The position numbers were made by a program, and so were the translations under genes. The notes below the pieces were generated by a model. That model was not told the DNA's origin and searched no databases. It saw only the letters and a list, made by a program, of their open reading frames with translations. Below are positions 1-14,100 of a DNA stretch of 64,000 nt, piece by piece. The DNA comes from Selaginella moellendorffii (taxonomy: Eukaryota; Plantae; Lycopodiophyta), in assembly GCF_000143415.4 (NCBI RefSeq), contig NW_003314315.1:62001-126000 (forward strand), given 5' to 3'. Within the stretch, counting starts at the first letter, position 1, and each line of letters opens with the position of its first letter.

Positions 1-3000
1 AGTCACATTTGTGACACTCTCCCCCTAGGGAAGATTGACGTTCTCGTCGATGCATACTTGAGTTTAGAATACTGCCAAGGAAACAACTCCAGAAAAAGTT
101 CACGGTATTCACACTATGTGAGAAATGCACCAACTTAAATGAGTTAGGAGGCAACCTCTTTGTTAAACGCGGATATGCTACCCACTCAGACACCTTCTGG
201 CCGTTACCGACAAGGAAATGACCAACAGAGTTAGCCACCTTTGTTGCTCTGCATGTCACCCAGCTTACAAAAGTGTGATATGCCCTTGCTCGCAAGGACA
301 TAGAGAGAGAAGCTAGAGGCCCCAACCCTCATGAGCAAAGAAACTAAACCCGTCGGTAAGGTTTAGATAGACTACTGTAAATAGGCAGTTAGAGTTGTTT
401 CCATGGTCACACCCTTTTAACGGAATAAGGAACATCGACAAAGAGGCGAGTGATATAACCAGTTAATAGTAGCTACCCCATGACTAAAGATTTCACTATA
501 TATACGAAGTGCCAAAGTCAGTTAGCCTATACTAGCCCAAATTCAAAGATCAATAGATGGACAATATCAAAGTCATATACAATGATATCTTAGAGAATTA
601 ATGAAGAAATTTTATATTAGAACACAAAAAGTATTCCAAATAAGTTATCATCTAATAAACCAATATTAGAGTATAAGAACCACCAAGATCATCATATTTG
701 GTAAATATAGAATCACCATCCAACAAAATTCAATAGTAAGTATATCACCAAGAAAACTCAAGGATGAAACTTAACTACTGAAGATGGCAGACAGTATGCC
801 AAACAACTTACTAAAGATAACTCAAAGAACATAAAGTATCATTGACTGGCAAGCAAAATGTTCACAAATGTATCATCCAAAGGAAATAACTTTCGAATCT
901 ATCAAAGCTAACTTGAGCAATAATCAATAGAATAGAATGAATGTTGCATGGCTAACAAACATTCGTTTATGCTAACTATCATACTAGCCAATCCAAATAG
1001 ATCCTAGCTAACAACACTAAGGAACTCAAGTTGCCTAAACAAATGTCAGCAACATCCTACGGATGTTTCAAACCTAAGAGACCAATCCAAAGCAAACCAC
1101 AAAGACTATGTAGTATTGTGAAAAGCTAAAAGCTATCAAAGAGAATAATTAACCATCATGAAAATCATTAATCATCCTATCAAATAAAGAGATGCATAAT
1201 CATCATCGAAGAAAGAATCTACCCTAGATGATAGTCAATCATCACCAATGATTGATAGATGTAAATATAGACTTCAACATGGAAGCTATATGCTAAAATG
1301 CTTTCCCCAACAACTTTTAACAAATGGAACAACGAGCACAAAAACTCAAAGAACCAAAAGCTCAAAGAAGTCTATAGCTAAATCTTGTATAATAATGATC
1401 ACAAGTTTTGCATGAACTAACTTCAATGTTAAAAAAGAAATTATGGTATAACCCACAATATCTTCCTCAACACATTTAGAAGTTAAACTTTATAATGAAG
1501 AGCATATCTACATCAATCTAAAAGCTAAGCACAATGGAGCCATGCTCAACAAGTGATCATCTAATCGATCATTTATAAATCCATCTATAGCAAGATGTAA
1601 CTTATTTCATAACAAGCACAAGAAGAATCATCAATGATCGATATATTTTAACTCAAATTCAATAAGGATTCAAATATTCTAATATCATTTACTAACTCTT
1701 CCTTTTGTAAAGTTAATATAGTCCATGACTAAATCATTTTTCAAGGAAAAGCTAAAGCTAAACCTTTACTAAACAATTTCGTCGAGAACACAACTAACTC
1801 AAACTTGCCACTCAGTTCATTTGAATGTCAATACAGTTGTTAACTAGCAAATGCATGAATGCTAACAACATAAAGCTACAACAAATCATCAACATGATCT
1901 CCATCGAGACTAATGAAACTCAATATCAATCCTATAGAGAGACATTTCATTTCATTTGAATTTCAATATCAATAATGTCAATGACAAAGCATCACTTCCA
2001 TACCATCAGCACCATAACAAAACTAAAAGAAAGCAAGAGTGAATCACCACTCAAAACTCTTTTGCAACTAAGTTAACTAAAGTCAAAGATACTTTAATTA
2101 GTATCCAAGACTAATCTTTCAGAAAAACTCAGTTACAAATAACACTTCTTCAAGGAGTGAATCACCACATCCAAGACTCAATGTAATTCAATACTATAAA
2201 CTAAATGCAACTAAATGATATCGACAGAGGTAGAGTCAACATGCCAACATGGAAAACCCATGTAAGCTATGACACGATCCTTCGCAACACCATTTGGTAA
2301 AGCAAATCCATCATTAATAAATCTTCATCGAGTGAAGCAAATGTTAACAGTCCTTGACAAAGTCCATAAACAATTTTTAGTCGCAAAGCAACCAACAATC
2401 ACTCTTTAACTTGCCTTCACAAGACCCAAACACTAAACTCATGTCATCAAGTCATATACTTATCCAATATAAACATAATACTCCAGATACGAGACAAAGG
2501 TTCATAGACAAGCACAAGCTAAATGACCACTCAAATCCAACTCAACTGCGATAAACTCACCGACACTTTTAACTAATAGCTCTGAGCATACCTTAGAGAA
2601 GCTAGCTATGCATGATCAACACTCAGCCGAAACTAAAGTGAAGTCATGAGATGAACTTATATCGATACACAATCTCCTTATAAATAAAGCTATAATACAA
2701 GTACTAACATCTCAATCTCAAACAACTAAATTGGACATCACCATCTTCAGTCAAGGCGTAACGCCACCAAGACCAAATCAAGATCAGTGAGAGCTCACTA
2801 CTCTCATAGAGTTTAACGAAATGCAAAATGCAACCTGCCACTAAGCACAACATTACAAAAGAAAGGCACAAGGGTCACCCTTCTTAGAAAAGTGCAACGG
2901 CCACTTTTCTACACCAACTTCAAACTCTTTTCAACTTAATTGCCTTAGCCCCAAAAGTCAGCATCCCTCATACAAACTACTTACTATGATCTAAGTTAAC

Positions 3001-5751
3001 CAAAGTTAACTCCAACCCCTTCATTAGTTTGTACTGATTTACGAAAATAGAATGGTTTTTGGGAAAAATGATCAATAGATTAGCCATTGGAAAAATCTAA
3101 AAAAATTTATGGAAAATTTTCCATCTTAGAAAAAGAATGACTCTTAGTCCAAGAATGCAAACTTCCAAGACTCAACCAACTTCCTCCTACCTACAACTTC
3201 ACACATATTCACCTCAACATAAATTCTCATGATCTATAGTATGCTCAAGCTTTGAATATCTTTGCCTATTTTTCCAACATCCAACACTGTTATTCACAAA
3301 ATGCAAAATGATCATCCAAGGCTTGATTACGAAAACCATATCTTCGGGCATTTACATTGCATTAACACTCTTCTTCAACCATCTTCAAGATCCAATATGA
3401 AGCCAAAACACTAATAAAAAAAATGACATAGAAAATCAAAGTTTAAGAAAAATTTCTCATCACTCGAAACAACAATGCCACTTCCACTAACACAAGTGCT
3501 AGTGATATCAATGCTTCAACTACACATCTTCTCCATTTAACAACCTACTTCGAGTGCTAACGGATAAACCAACAAACTATAGCAAATGAATGCTATAACC
3601 CTTTTTTCTAACACCATAATGGGCAAACTCTAGAAACCAAGGAATTAATTTAAGCTTAGCGTAATGGACCACCATTGAGAATCCAGTCAAAGCTACTACA
3701 ATGCTACTACATGTAAGTAGATTAGCTTCACTATCAACCACTTTGGGGTTGATCATCGTTTAACCAAGCAACTTCATAAACACATTGCTCACTATCACAT
3801 GGATATGATATAAAATCACAATAACTTGATCTTCAATTGAGCAACACCATAAGCAACACCTATGTCATTACTTCAAAGGTTTATGTGAATATCAAGTGTC
3901 AACTCGATTTGACAAAATGCAACATAAATGCCATACTCCACTGATAGAGACTTACAACACCCAACACCATTAACTTTTGTTCACAACACGGACAAGTTTA
4001 TGCCACTTTATTTTTTACCAAACTCAAAACTAATTTAACACTAAGCTACTTAAGAAATAATAGCAAGATTCCCTGGAAAAGAATTGAGCATTGCAACCCA
4101 AGTTTTCTAATAACAAGCCTAGACAAAATGGTATAGCGCTTCACCGCTATCCATCTCATAACTCACCACTTGTAAGACTATCATTTTCAACATGCATCAA
4201 GGTAGGGACTCTTGACTGCATAATGTGAACACGAGCAATGAGTCAACACCTCGTTGCAAACCATCTCTCCAAGAAGAGAAAATGATTTACATGTTTGATC
4301 CTTCGTCCCTGATAACTCTTTTTTCGGTCTCATCTTTGACTAAGCCTTAAGCTTGCATTTGCACTGCCTTCAGTCTAATCCAAGATAAGTTTATGAGAGA
4401 GCACGGCTATGATTACTTGAATCAATAGACTAATCCCTACGGTCTTGATTGATCCACTTGTGATCATGCCTAAGAAGGATCCACTAGTGTCGTGCTAAAC
4501 AATTATGGACTAGCCTATTTGCCACTTATAGTAAACCCAGGGAAGGTTTACTTTCACCCATGGTACTTGGAACAACTCATAGAACCACCGATAAGCTAAC
4601 ATTAATCTTGCCAACTCAAAGTGTAACCTCAAGTTGCTAATGTGCTTCACTCACAAGCCCAAGCGCAAACTTGTGTAGAATGGTACACCTCAAATCCATC
4701 ATATGAGCCCAAGAGCAAGCTCACATCATAAGGCACAACAAGGTAACCAAATCCATTTCCAAGGAATAATTGCGAAGTCTTTACACCCAAATGTGTACTC
4801 ACTCGGATCATTGTTTTCATTTCTGCATATGCAACGAGACTAATTGTTCAATCTCATTGGATAATACTCGCCGAGATATATTCTCTGATACCAAATATAG
4901 CACACATGGTTTTTAACCTTTGTCCTATGGTGATTTACCATAGGATAACACCATGAAGCGGAACCTAAACCCTCCATATGCCATGTGCCACATGCCATGT
5001 GTCCATAGGATAGTGGTGTGGAACCTGAGGTTCATGGCCTTGGGCCATTGAATGAAGGAACGGTGCTAAACTCCCAAACATAGAGCTAAGGAGTGACGAA
5101 ACTAGACCATGGAGTAACTCTTGAGTATACAGCCCAAGGAGCAAAGAGACAGGAGCCCAGAGCGACTTGGAACAGTCCTAGAGTAATGCTAGGACCGCAC
5201 GCAAAATGGAGCCAAATGGAGTCTACCGCTATTTCGGCATACTGGTGGCCTAATGCAAGGACATGGGTACTCCACCAGTTAACATGGTGTAGAACTTAGG
5301 CTTGTGTTGGGGGAAGGAGAAGGCGCTTGCGTGAAATAGTAGAAACTCTAAAAAACAAAATGGAAAAAGAAAGAAAAGAGGTAGGTGTGAAGTTTGGAGA
5401 CAAGGAGGAAAATCCGGTGGGAAACCCTGTAGTCAAATTGGACCCTGAAGTTAAAGAAAAATGCAGAAAAAGTGTGAAAAGAGAAGGAAAATAGAGGAAA
5501 AAGAGTGAGTACCCAAAGAACTTAACCCATACCTAGATTTCGGCTCAAGAAAGTGTAATATGCAAATGCAGCCTCTTGATGACTTCCAGCATACTCCAAG
5601 GATTGGCAAAAATCGAGAAAGAAAGAGAGGTAGAAGAGGGGATGCATTGCCCAAGTGTGGTAAGTGTGGAAATAATGAAAGATGGAGTGATATGCTGGAG
5701 CGCCAAGATTGTGGTGGCACTCTGAAAAAGTGGCCATTGATAACCATTGGC

Positions 5752-5915
5752 CCATAGAGTAAGTGCTGACCTCTCGGAGTAGCCGGTAACTGATAACCAG
5801 TAATTGGTAACCGATAACTGGTAACCGGTAACTAGTAACCAGTAATTGGGGACCTATAACTTGTAACCAGTAACCACCTGCTCTTGCTCCTACTCCCGCA
5901 CCTGCTCCAGCACCA
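5752..5915. repeat. Dispersed repeat with ~7-bp (GGTAACT/GATAACC-type) and 6-bp (GCTCCT-type) tandem units; second copy at ~13514-13725
   Basis: GCTGACCTCTCGGAGTAGCCGGTA and the tandem units that follow recur at 13538 onward, at the two non-coding ends of the Tat element. Confidence 0.75.
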
Positions 5916-7540
5916 ATATGGTGGAGTGATATGGTGGAGTGCCAAGGTGGTGGTGGCACTCTGAGAAGGTGGCCATCTCTGAAATAAGAGTAACTAAAGA
6001 AGGCAGTAGCTGAAAAGGACAGCATGGTCGTTGGGTTGCCGGTAAAGGGAAGTGGCATGTGTCCACTGAATGCTAGAGTAGAAGAAAGTGGCTTCGGCTT
6101 TTGTGGCCTCACCTAAAGATCCACCTAGGTGCCTTGAGTGAATAGGCTCACCTGGTTGGAAGAAAGTCACTCCAGAAAAGCTAGTGCATCATTGGCAAAT
6201 GGTCGTAAGGATATCTTGGAAACGGCACGTCCAAATGAAGTGGTGTCTTTTGCTGCTGGTGCATGTATATGTGTCCATAGCATGGTGTAAATGTGACCTC
6301 AAGCAGAGATGTGAATGATGGTGAAAGAATGAAAGATGCAAGATGGGCATCTAGAGATAAGTGTGGGCAATGCTGCTGGAAGTGATTAGTGATGGAATTG
6401 TGAGTGTAGATGATATGGAATGAGTGAGGGGAATGTGTGGGGTGTAGTAATGGTAAGGGAAGGGCCAAAGAACCTGGAACATAGAGCGGGCCAAGCGAGG
6501 AACCTCCATATAAATGGCAATGCAGCATGAGCACAAAATCCAAGGCATGGGCCATGGTCTAATGGGGAAACACCCTTTGAAAGTAAGAAAAGGAGTCATG
6601 AAAGTTAAGTGAAAGAAAGGAAGAAAAAGAAAAAGAAGAGAAGAGGAACACCTCACCGGATGAAGTGTTTGAGGTGAGTGGTTATGAGCGTGTGGGAGCT
6701 CACATCTATCAGCATCAACTAGCACATATGCTCCACCTCTAATGTGTCGTTGGACAAAGTAGGGGCTGGTCCAGGGAGGGGAGAACTTCGAAGGTGGCGT
6801 AAACTCCTTGAGTAGAACAAGATTGCCATCCTTGAATGGTTTGGTAGACCACTGGTGATCAATGACTAACTTAATCTTCTACTTGCCTCAAAGGAGATGT
6901 TTCAATGTGGGTCATTGCTATTCTTCCAAGGCAAGAACCTCCAAGTCACGTGCATGAAGCTTGTCCTCATCACTAAGCTGCATTGCTGTTGCGTATCGAA
7001 GTGAAAGTGAGAGTGATGGCACTTGGATCTCCACTGGAAACACAACCTTTGTCTCATAGACAAGGGAGAATGGGGTTGTAGAGATGGATGTCTTGAAGGA
7101 CACCCGAAAGGCCCACAATGCCGTAACCAAGTGTTCGTGCCAACTTCTTGGGCGATCCTCCACAAGCTTTGAGATGACTGTCTTCAATATCTTGTTGCTG
7201 GACTCTGCCTGGCAATTGCACTGAGGATAATAGCTATTGCTCTTCACATGCTTGACCTGCAGCTGCTGGAGAAGATGCTGCATCACCTGTCCAAGGAAGC
7301 TGCTGCCATGATCAGAAATCAAAATAGTAGGAACTCCGAATTGGCAAATGATGTACTTGTAGATGAACTTTGCTATAGATTGTTGATCTGCTTGTCATAG
7401 AGGGGTGGCCTCAACCCATTTTGTGAAATAGTCTGTCGCCACGATGATGTATCGCTGTCCTTTTGAGCTCGGTGGGTTGATCGGGCCAACGAAGTCAAAT
7501 ACCCACTAGAAAAAGGGACCCAAAGAAGTAATGAGCTAGA

Positions 7541-8133
7541 TGTAAGCTCCTAAGTTTGGACTTCCCGGGAGGTCACCCAGCCTAGTACTATTCAAACTCA
7601 AGGACGCTTAACCCCAAATATCCCAAGACCCTTAACCAATTGGAAAAGGGGGTGCACTCTTGTTCATGGGCCCTTTCCCTCTATATTTGAACCCCATGGA
7701 TCGTCTCTCGAGTCGTTCCCTTTGGTTGCTTACAATCCACCACGCTTCCCTGCAAGTTCACACCCTCGTGAACGGAAGCTGAGAGCCGCAGCTCTCCCGA
7801 GAGCCCCGCTCTCTTGACACCCTACCCCTCGGGTCGAGCCCAGCGGGAGCAAACTGGACCAGCCAGATGTCAATTAACATGTGGTGTGATTCCCTTAGCC
7901 AACCAACAGAGTCGGACCCGAGACCCCTCTGATACCAAATGTAAGCTCCTAAGTTTGGACTTCCCGGGAGGTCACCCAGCCCAGTACTATTCAAACCCAA
8001 GGACGCTTAACCCCAAATATCCCAAGACCCTTAACCAATTGGAAAAGGGGGTGCACTCTTGTTCATGGGCCCTTTCCCTCTATATTTGAACCCCATGGAT
8101 CGTCTCTCGAGTCGTTCCCTTTGGTTGCTTACA
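7541..8133 (-). mobile_element. Intact Cassandra-type TRIM with 5S-rRNA-derived LTRs
   Basis: Two 194-bp TG..CA LTRs (7541-7734 and 7940-8133) differ at about 2 positions by eye. 5-bp TSD CTAGA (7536-7540 and 8134-8138). PBS-Met at 7927-7937 and PPT at about 7735-7743. Each LTR carries a 55-bp segment matching the 5S rRNA A-box to C-box region (7558-7612, 7957-8011). Confidence 0.95.
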
Positions 8134-11100
8134 CTAGAAAGGAAAACGTGGAACATGGCTCCGGGGGTTGAACTGTTGGCATTGCTCACATGCCTTTGCA
8201 TAGGCCAAGCTGTTCTAGTGAATCCGAGGCCAAAAGTAGCCATGGCGCAAGAAAAGCTGTGCTATGACCCGTCCTGAGAAATGCTCTGCACAAGAGTGGA
8301 AAGTGCAAAAGAGCTCAAGGGCCTTGTGTTCCCCCACACACCGCAACAAAACTTCCTGAGAAGTTCTCTTGTAAAGGTGTCTGTCGAGAAGGCAAAACCC
8401 CCATGCTCGGATCTCCAATGCCTTTTGTTGCACTAGTGAGGAATCTGCTGGGAATTGACCTGAATCCAGGTACACTGCAATGTCCTATAATGCTGCTGGG
8501 ACCACAAAGGAAGTAGCTTTAGCAACCAGGAACTCGTTGGGATCCATCAGGGCTTTTGCCGCATGTGAAAAGTTGGCTGGAACTCTTGGATGGTCACAAT
8601 CCAAGATAAAGTACGAGGACTGTGAACCAGTCGCTGTAAAAGAAAGGTCAGCACATTAAAATAGACATGGAAATGGATATAAGCTCCAGCAAGAAAGTGA
8701 CGAAATCACTCTAAGGTGTAGAGAACAACCATTGTTTCTTTTTCCACATCCATGTACTCTTCTTAGTCTCCTTGAATGAATGTGAGGCATAGTATGTTGC
8801 ATGTGGTGGCTTGCCAGGCTGTGAACATTGGCAAGGCATACTCCAAAAGCCTTTCTACCCGTTGTGATGTAAATGTTGAAAGGAAGTTGTTGCTCTAGTG
8901 GTTGGAGTACCGGGGCTATGCGGAGTGACTGCTTCAGTGATTCAAAGGCTTGTTGCTGAGACTCACCCCAAAAAAATGGAATATTGTGTTGTAGCAGAGC
9001 TATCAGAGGCCATGAACGTGGGGCATAGTTGTGGAGGAAATGGCAAAAGAAACCTGTTTGCCCGAGGAAGCTGCAAAGCTGCTTCATGTTGGTTGGTGGG
9101 TTCTGATCCAGAATCTCCTGAGCCTTGGCTACCTAGGGCTTGATCCCATCCTGCAAGACATCAAAGCCTAGCAACCGGCCTTCAGTCACCCCAAATTTAC
9201 ACTTTGCCGGGTTTAATGAAAACTTGTGTTGTCGGCAGGGAGCGAAGATTTGCTCCAAGTGCACAAGGTGGTCCTCAAAGGAGTCAACAGTTGTGCACAG
9301 ATCATCCATATACACCCTCAAGGTACCTCCAATCAGGTCGTGAAAGACATGGGTTATAAAGTGCTGAAAAGTAGTTTCAACGTTACACAAGCTAAACGGG
9401 AGGATATTGAAAGCGAAGATGCCCCAAGGTGTCTGGAAGGTTGTAAGATCTTGATGATCAGGATGAATGAAGTTCTGGTTATACCTTGAAAAGCCATCCA
9501 TGAAAGAGTAGTAACAGTGTCTAGCCATTTCATCCACAATCGCATCGATAAATGGAGTTAGAAAGTGATCTTTCGCAGTTGCCTTATTTAAGTCTTGAAA
9601 GTCAACGCAGAGGCAGAGTCTTCCATTTGCCTTGCATGTAGGAACAAGATTGGCCACCCACTCTGAGCTCTCCAAAGGGTAAATAAAGCTAGCTGCCAGA
9701 AGTCGCTCGATCTCCAACTTCATCTCTGAGTGAGCTGCTGGGCTGAAACGCTGCATCTTTTGACAGACTGGTTTGTCTATCTCTAAAAGCACAATACTAT
9801 GCATGATTGTGTCCATAGGAACTCTCAGAAGCTGGCTGTAGTCCCAAGCAAACGCATCTTTGAAACAGTGAAGGAGATCCAAGAGCTTTGCTGCATTTGT
9901 TGAAGCAAGTGATGTGGCAATGAAGACCGGGTCCTTGTCATCACCTAGGAAAATAGCATGAACCCTGGATTCTGGAGAAACCTTGGGCTTAGGGGGCTCA
10001 TCTATCTTAGATTCCTCCCTGACCTTGGAAACCAAAGTGCAGGGAGTGCCTTTTGCCTCTCGCATCATGGTGATTGCTTGATGTGATAACTTGTCTGCCC
10101 AAAAGTTTTCTTCACGAGGGACACTTTGAAAAGTCACCTGAGAGAACTCATCCTTCAGGTTGACCGCCCGCTACTATAGCTCTTTCAGGTTCTCTTTGCA
10201 GACTTGGTATTCTCCAATAAGTTGGCATATGATAAGTCGCGCATCTCCAACGAAAGTGACTTGCCTAAACTTGAAATCTGTGGCCAACTTCATGGCACTA
10301 ATAGCTGCCAAGTACTCTGCTTCATTAGCTGATGTTGCTGGCAAAGTGATAGAGAGGTCGGCTACTTTGTTCTCCACAGAATCGATCATCCAAACTCCAA
10401 TGCTAGCAACCTGGTTTTTGGGGCAGAAAACACCGTTGAAATAAGCTGTAATCATAGGAGTGTCCTCTTCTTCAAATAAAGATGCTAGGGACACCACATC
10501 TAGCAAGACCATCTCTGGCAAGTTAGGCAAGAACGTTGCTGTTGGATCTGGAGTCTTTGTCTATTGTTCTCTTTGCTTCTGATGCTCTAAGTGCTCAATG
10601 TCCAATGCAAGGACTGTAGCCAAGTACTTTGCAAGTGAAGGAAGATCCTCCACCAAAGTCAAGTCCAAGTCTGGTGCTAAAGTTTTAGTGTAATACACTT
10701 AGACCTGTATCGGGAACTCCACAGTAGGAAATTTTGAACTCAAAGAGGTATAACTTGCATGCAACATGTCCAATTGGCTTGATTCTTTCTGCTAGTTCTG
10801 TGTTTTGATGTCATCTTCCTTCTCCAAGAAACGGCATGACAAAATACGCATGGAGTAGTCAGCTACCGCAATTTTAGTAGGAAGATGCGAGCTGTGTGAC
10901 ACCTCATATAGTTGCCGAGGAGGATTGATTTCAACTGTGTCATGTGAAAGATGGGCTTGGTCTGGAGTGACTGTGTCATCAAGCTCCATAAGAGAGAGTT
11001 GGTCCCATGTAAGAAACGAATCGAGGAACCCTTCCTCTATCAAGAAACACTCCGAAAAGCTGGATATAGGGGCCCATACTCTATAAGCTCCGCCATTAAA

Positions 11101-14100
11101 TAAAGAGGGTTTGTCTAGAGGCTTGGCCTTACTCTCAAATAAAGAGAGTGAAGTTGAGAGATGTCTCAAGCTATTTGATTCACCTCCAACCATGTCAATC
11201 GCATTGCATGAGAAAGCATCTGTCATATAAATGGTCAACTCCACTGCCAACTCAGGAAAAACCTCTGTGAGCTCGGGAGGGAAATGTGGTGTGGAGGCCA
11301 TCTTAGTCTTAGCCTGCTAGGCTTACTGAGAAAAAGCTCTGCCGTGGTTGTTGAGAAAGGTGGTGCTATGGGTTCCATCGCTAATTTCCATCTTGCCTTG
11401 TGCACTGTCAATGGTGCAATGGGTTGTGACTTGCCATGAGAGGCTGAGGATGATAGAGTCCTTCAAAGAGGACGTTCCAAGACGTTGGTAGTTGACCATA
11501 AGGAAATCTATCTTAGAAATAACACCCTGCACTGAGACCTTGACACCATAGCAAATGCCCACTAGAGGAATGGTGTGGTTGGCAAAGGTCTTTAGCACGA
11601 TGGAGGAGCTCTCTCTAATCTATAGCTGTGCTGAAAGGGCAGTTTCAAGAGAGATAATATTGCTTCCAGAATCGGAGTCAACCAAAGCATCCTTCCTATA
11701 AGAGGAAGTACCAATCTGCACCGGGACAAAGAATGGACTAAGATCTCCACCGTATCTTGTTATGTTGACAATGTGCACATCTTGAGGAGTCCTCTTGAGA
11801 GTGCTCTCTAGTGTTCCTGACTGTGCAAACTCCTCTAAACGCTGACTAAATCCCAGGACAAGACACAACATGTCTCGAAGCAAAATGGTGACAGGAGTGT
11901 CAACTAGCTGTTGAAGAACTGGCTCCAGAACAGGAATAGTTGTTGGTGAGATCTCAGGAGGAGAAGAGAGCAGTGACTTGAAGGGGAGCTTACAAGCCAC
12001 CCTTTGTGTCATTAGATTTGGTGCCGAAAGAGATTCACTTTCAACCGATGCCGGGGGATCAATGCCAGGTTGAGCAGTTGCCTTCTTCTTCACTTAGGCT
12101 CGAGTGGCTGTGGTTTGCTGCTGTTGCCTATAGAGTTCCCCAGCTACCAAAATTGTGTTGACTGATGAGGTTGGTGCCTTGCCTTTGCTTGATGAGGGTG
12201 CTGCCTCAATTGCTTATCGCTCCAATTGCTCTTGATATGTCTCTAGACCTCAAGACAATGTGGAATTATCATCGAAGGGATGTTGTTGGATACGTTGAGA
12301 AGATGGAGGCTGAAGCTTAGGGTGAAGCTTGAAGCAGCACTGCGTGTTGTGTGTGTTTGTCTCGCAGTGAGTGCGCCAACGGGACTTAAATCTGCGTTCC
12401 TGAGTTGTAGTGTCCTCTTTCCTGGACTCCACCAGCTCCTGGAGCAGTTTGTCATGGTGTGATTGCTGCTGAAGAATGATCTCTTTTAGCTGCCGCATCT
12501 CGTTGGCAAAGTTCTCAATAGCTAGAGGTGTATGCTCAATAACAACGGGCTTTGTTGTGGACGGGTGAACAACTGCGCAAGGTGACTCTGATGGGGTAAT
12601 GGCTTGGTCAAAATCAATTCTAGCAATCCCTAGGTCGACAAGAAGCTCTCTTTCCAGCTTTGTGGCAAATGAAAATGCCTCGCTTCAAGACCTGAATGTT
12701 TTCTTAAGAAGTTTCTGCTGCAAGTTCCGATGCAGACCCACTGTGAATGCCATGATCCCCTGTTGCTCATCTTGGACCACTCTAGGATCCCAACACTACT
12801 TCCAATATGCTCAAAATTAGGTGATGTAGCTAGGAACAGACTCGTGAGCACCCTACTGGAACGAAAAGAGGTTGACAAGTAGCCGATTTGTGGGTTTTTT
12901 TTCAATGAAGCGTTCTTTGAAAGAAGCAAGTGGTGTCTGGAAGTTTGTCCGGTCCTCTGGGAGGAGAGAATCTTCCCAAGTTGCTGCTTTGCCTTCAAGA
13001 GACTTCAAGAAGTCGCAACACATACGATCATCATCGACGATCATGTTTGTGGTGTAGTAGTAATCAAAGCGATTGATATGCGATGCTGGAGAGATTATTC
13101 CAACACCTGATAAGGTCAGCAGATCACTCCCCCTATGCAGAACATAGATCTGAGGTCAAGCTAAAGGTGGCTGTGCCATAGCTCGTAGATTGAAGTCACT
13201 AGAATTTGCCGAGGATGAAGAGGACTTGGCCCGAGAAGGTGTTGTGTTGTACCTAAGTTGCCTTTGGATGTTAAAAAGTTTACTCTGTACCTTAGGGCCT
13301 TGAGGTATGGTAAAAGGGTGCCAATTTGTCACACGTTTAGTTTGTATTGGCATCAAATACCCTAAACACTGCAAATGCATGGTCAAGGCAACTAAGCTAA
13401 CAAGAGCAAAAAGACTACAGATTAGTGCTCAAGCTGCTCAAAGTTGCCCAAAATGCCTGTGACAAAGAGAAATGAGGGTGAAAATGGAAGGAGATGTTGG
13501 CCTCAAGCATATATAACCATTGGCTTGTAGAATAAGCGCTGACCTCTCGGAGTAGCCGGTAGCCAATAACTAATAACTAGTAACTAATAACTGGGAACCT
13601 ATAACATGTAACCAGTAACCCCTTGCTCTCGCTCTTACTCCTGCACCTACTCCAACACTGGCTCCTACCTTTGCACCAACTCCTGTTCCTGCTCCTGTTC
13701 CTGTTCTTACGCCTACTTTTGCTCCCTTTGTTCCCAAGGAACTCCCAACAAAGTTTAGCCCGAAAGAGAAAAATGAGTTCTCTAGTCTCAATCCTTCCCC
13801 ATTTTGACTGTTAGTGGGCTTGTTAGAAAGGGCTCAGCCCCGTCTACCCTCTATCACAAGAATTTGTGAAAAAGCTACCTCAATATTCCCCGAAATCCAA
13901 GAAGGGGTAGCCTAGAACACCAATATTGTGGAAAAATAGGTGTATGTCATTGATGTAGATCAATATTAAGGCGCTATTGGTATTTTTGGAAAGCCCACCT
14001 CTAGAAAAAAATGACATCCAAAACAAAGCTTGGAGAAGCATGAATTCTTGCTATAGAGATGACCCAATCTAGCCGGAGAAGAAAATCCTTTTGCATGCTG

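Noticed and set aside
5780-5870. CRISPR-like short repeats
   Set aside because: Degenerate 7-bp tandem units without spacers, inside a plant retrotransposon.
7558-8011. 5S rRNA genes
   Set aside because: Only about 55 bp of the internal promoter region is present, embedded in TRIM LTRs; the 5S ends are missing.
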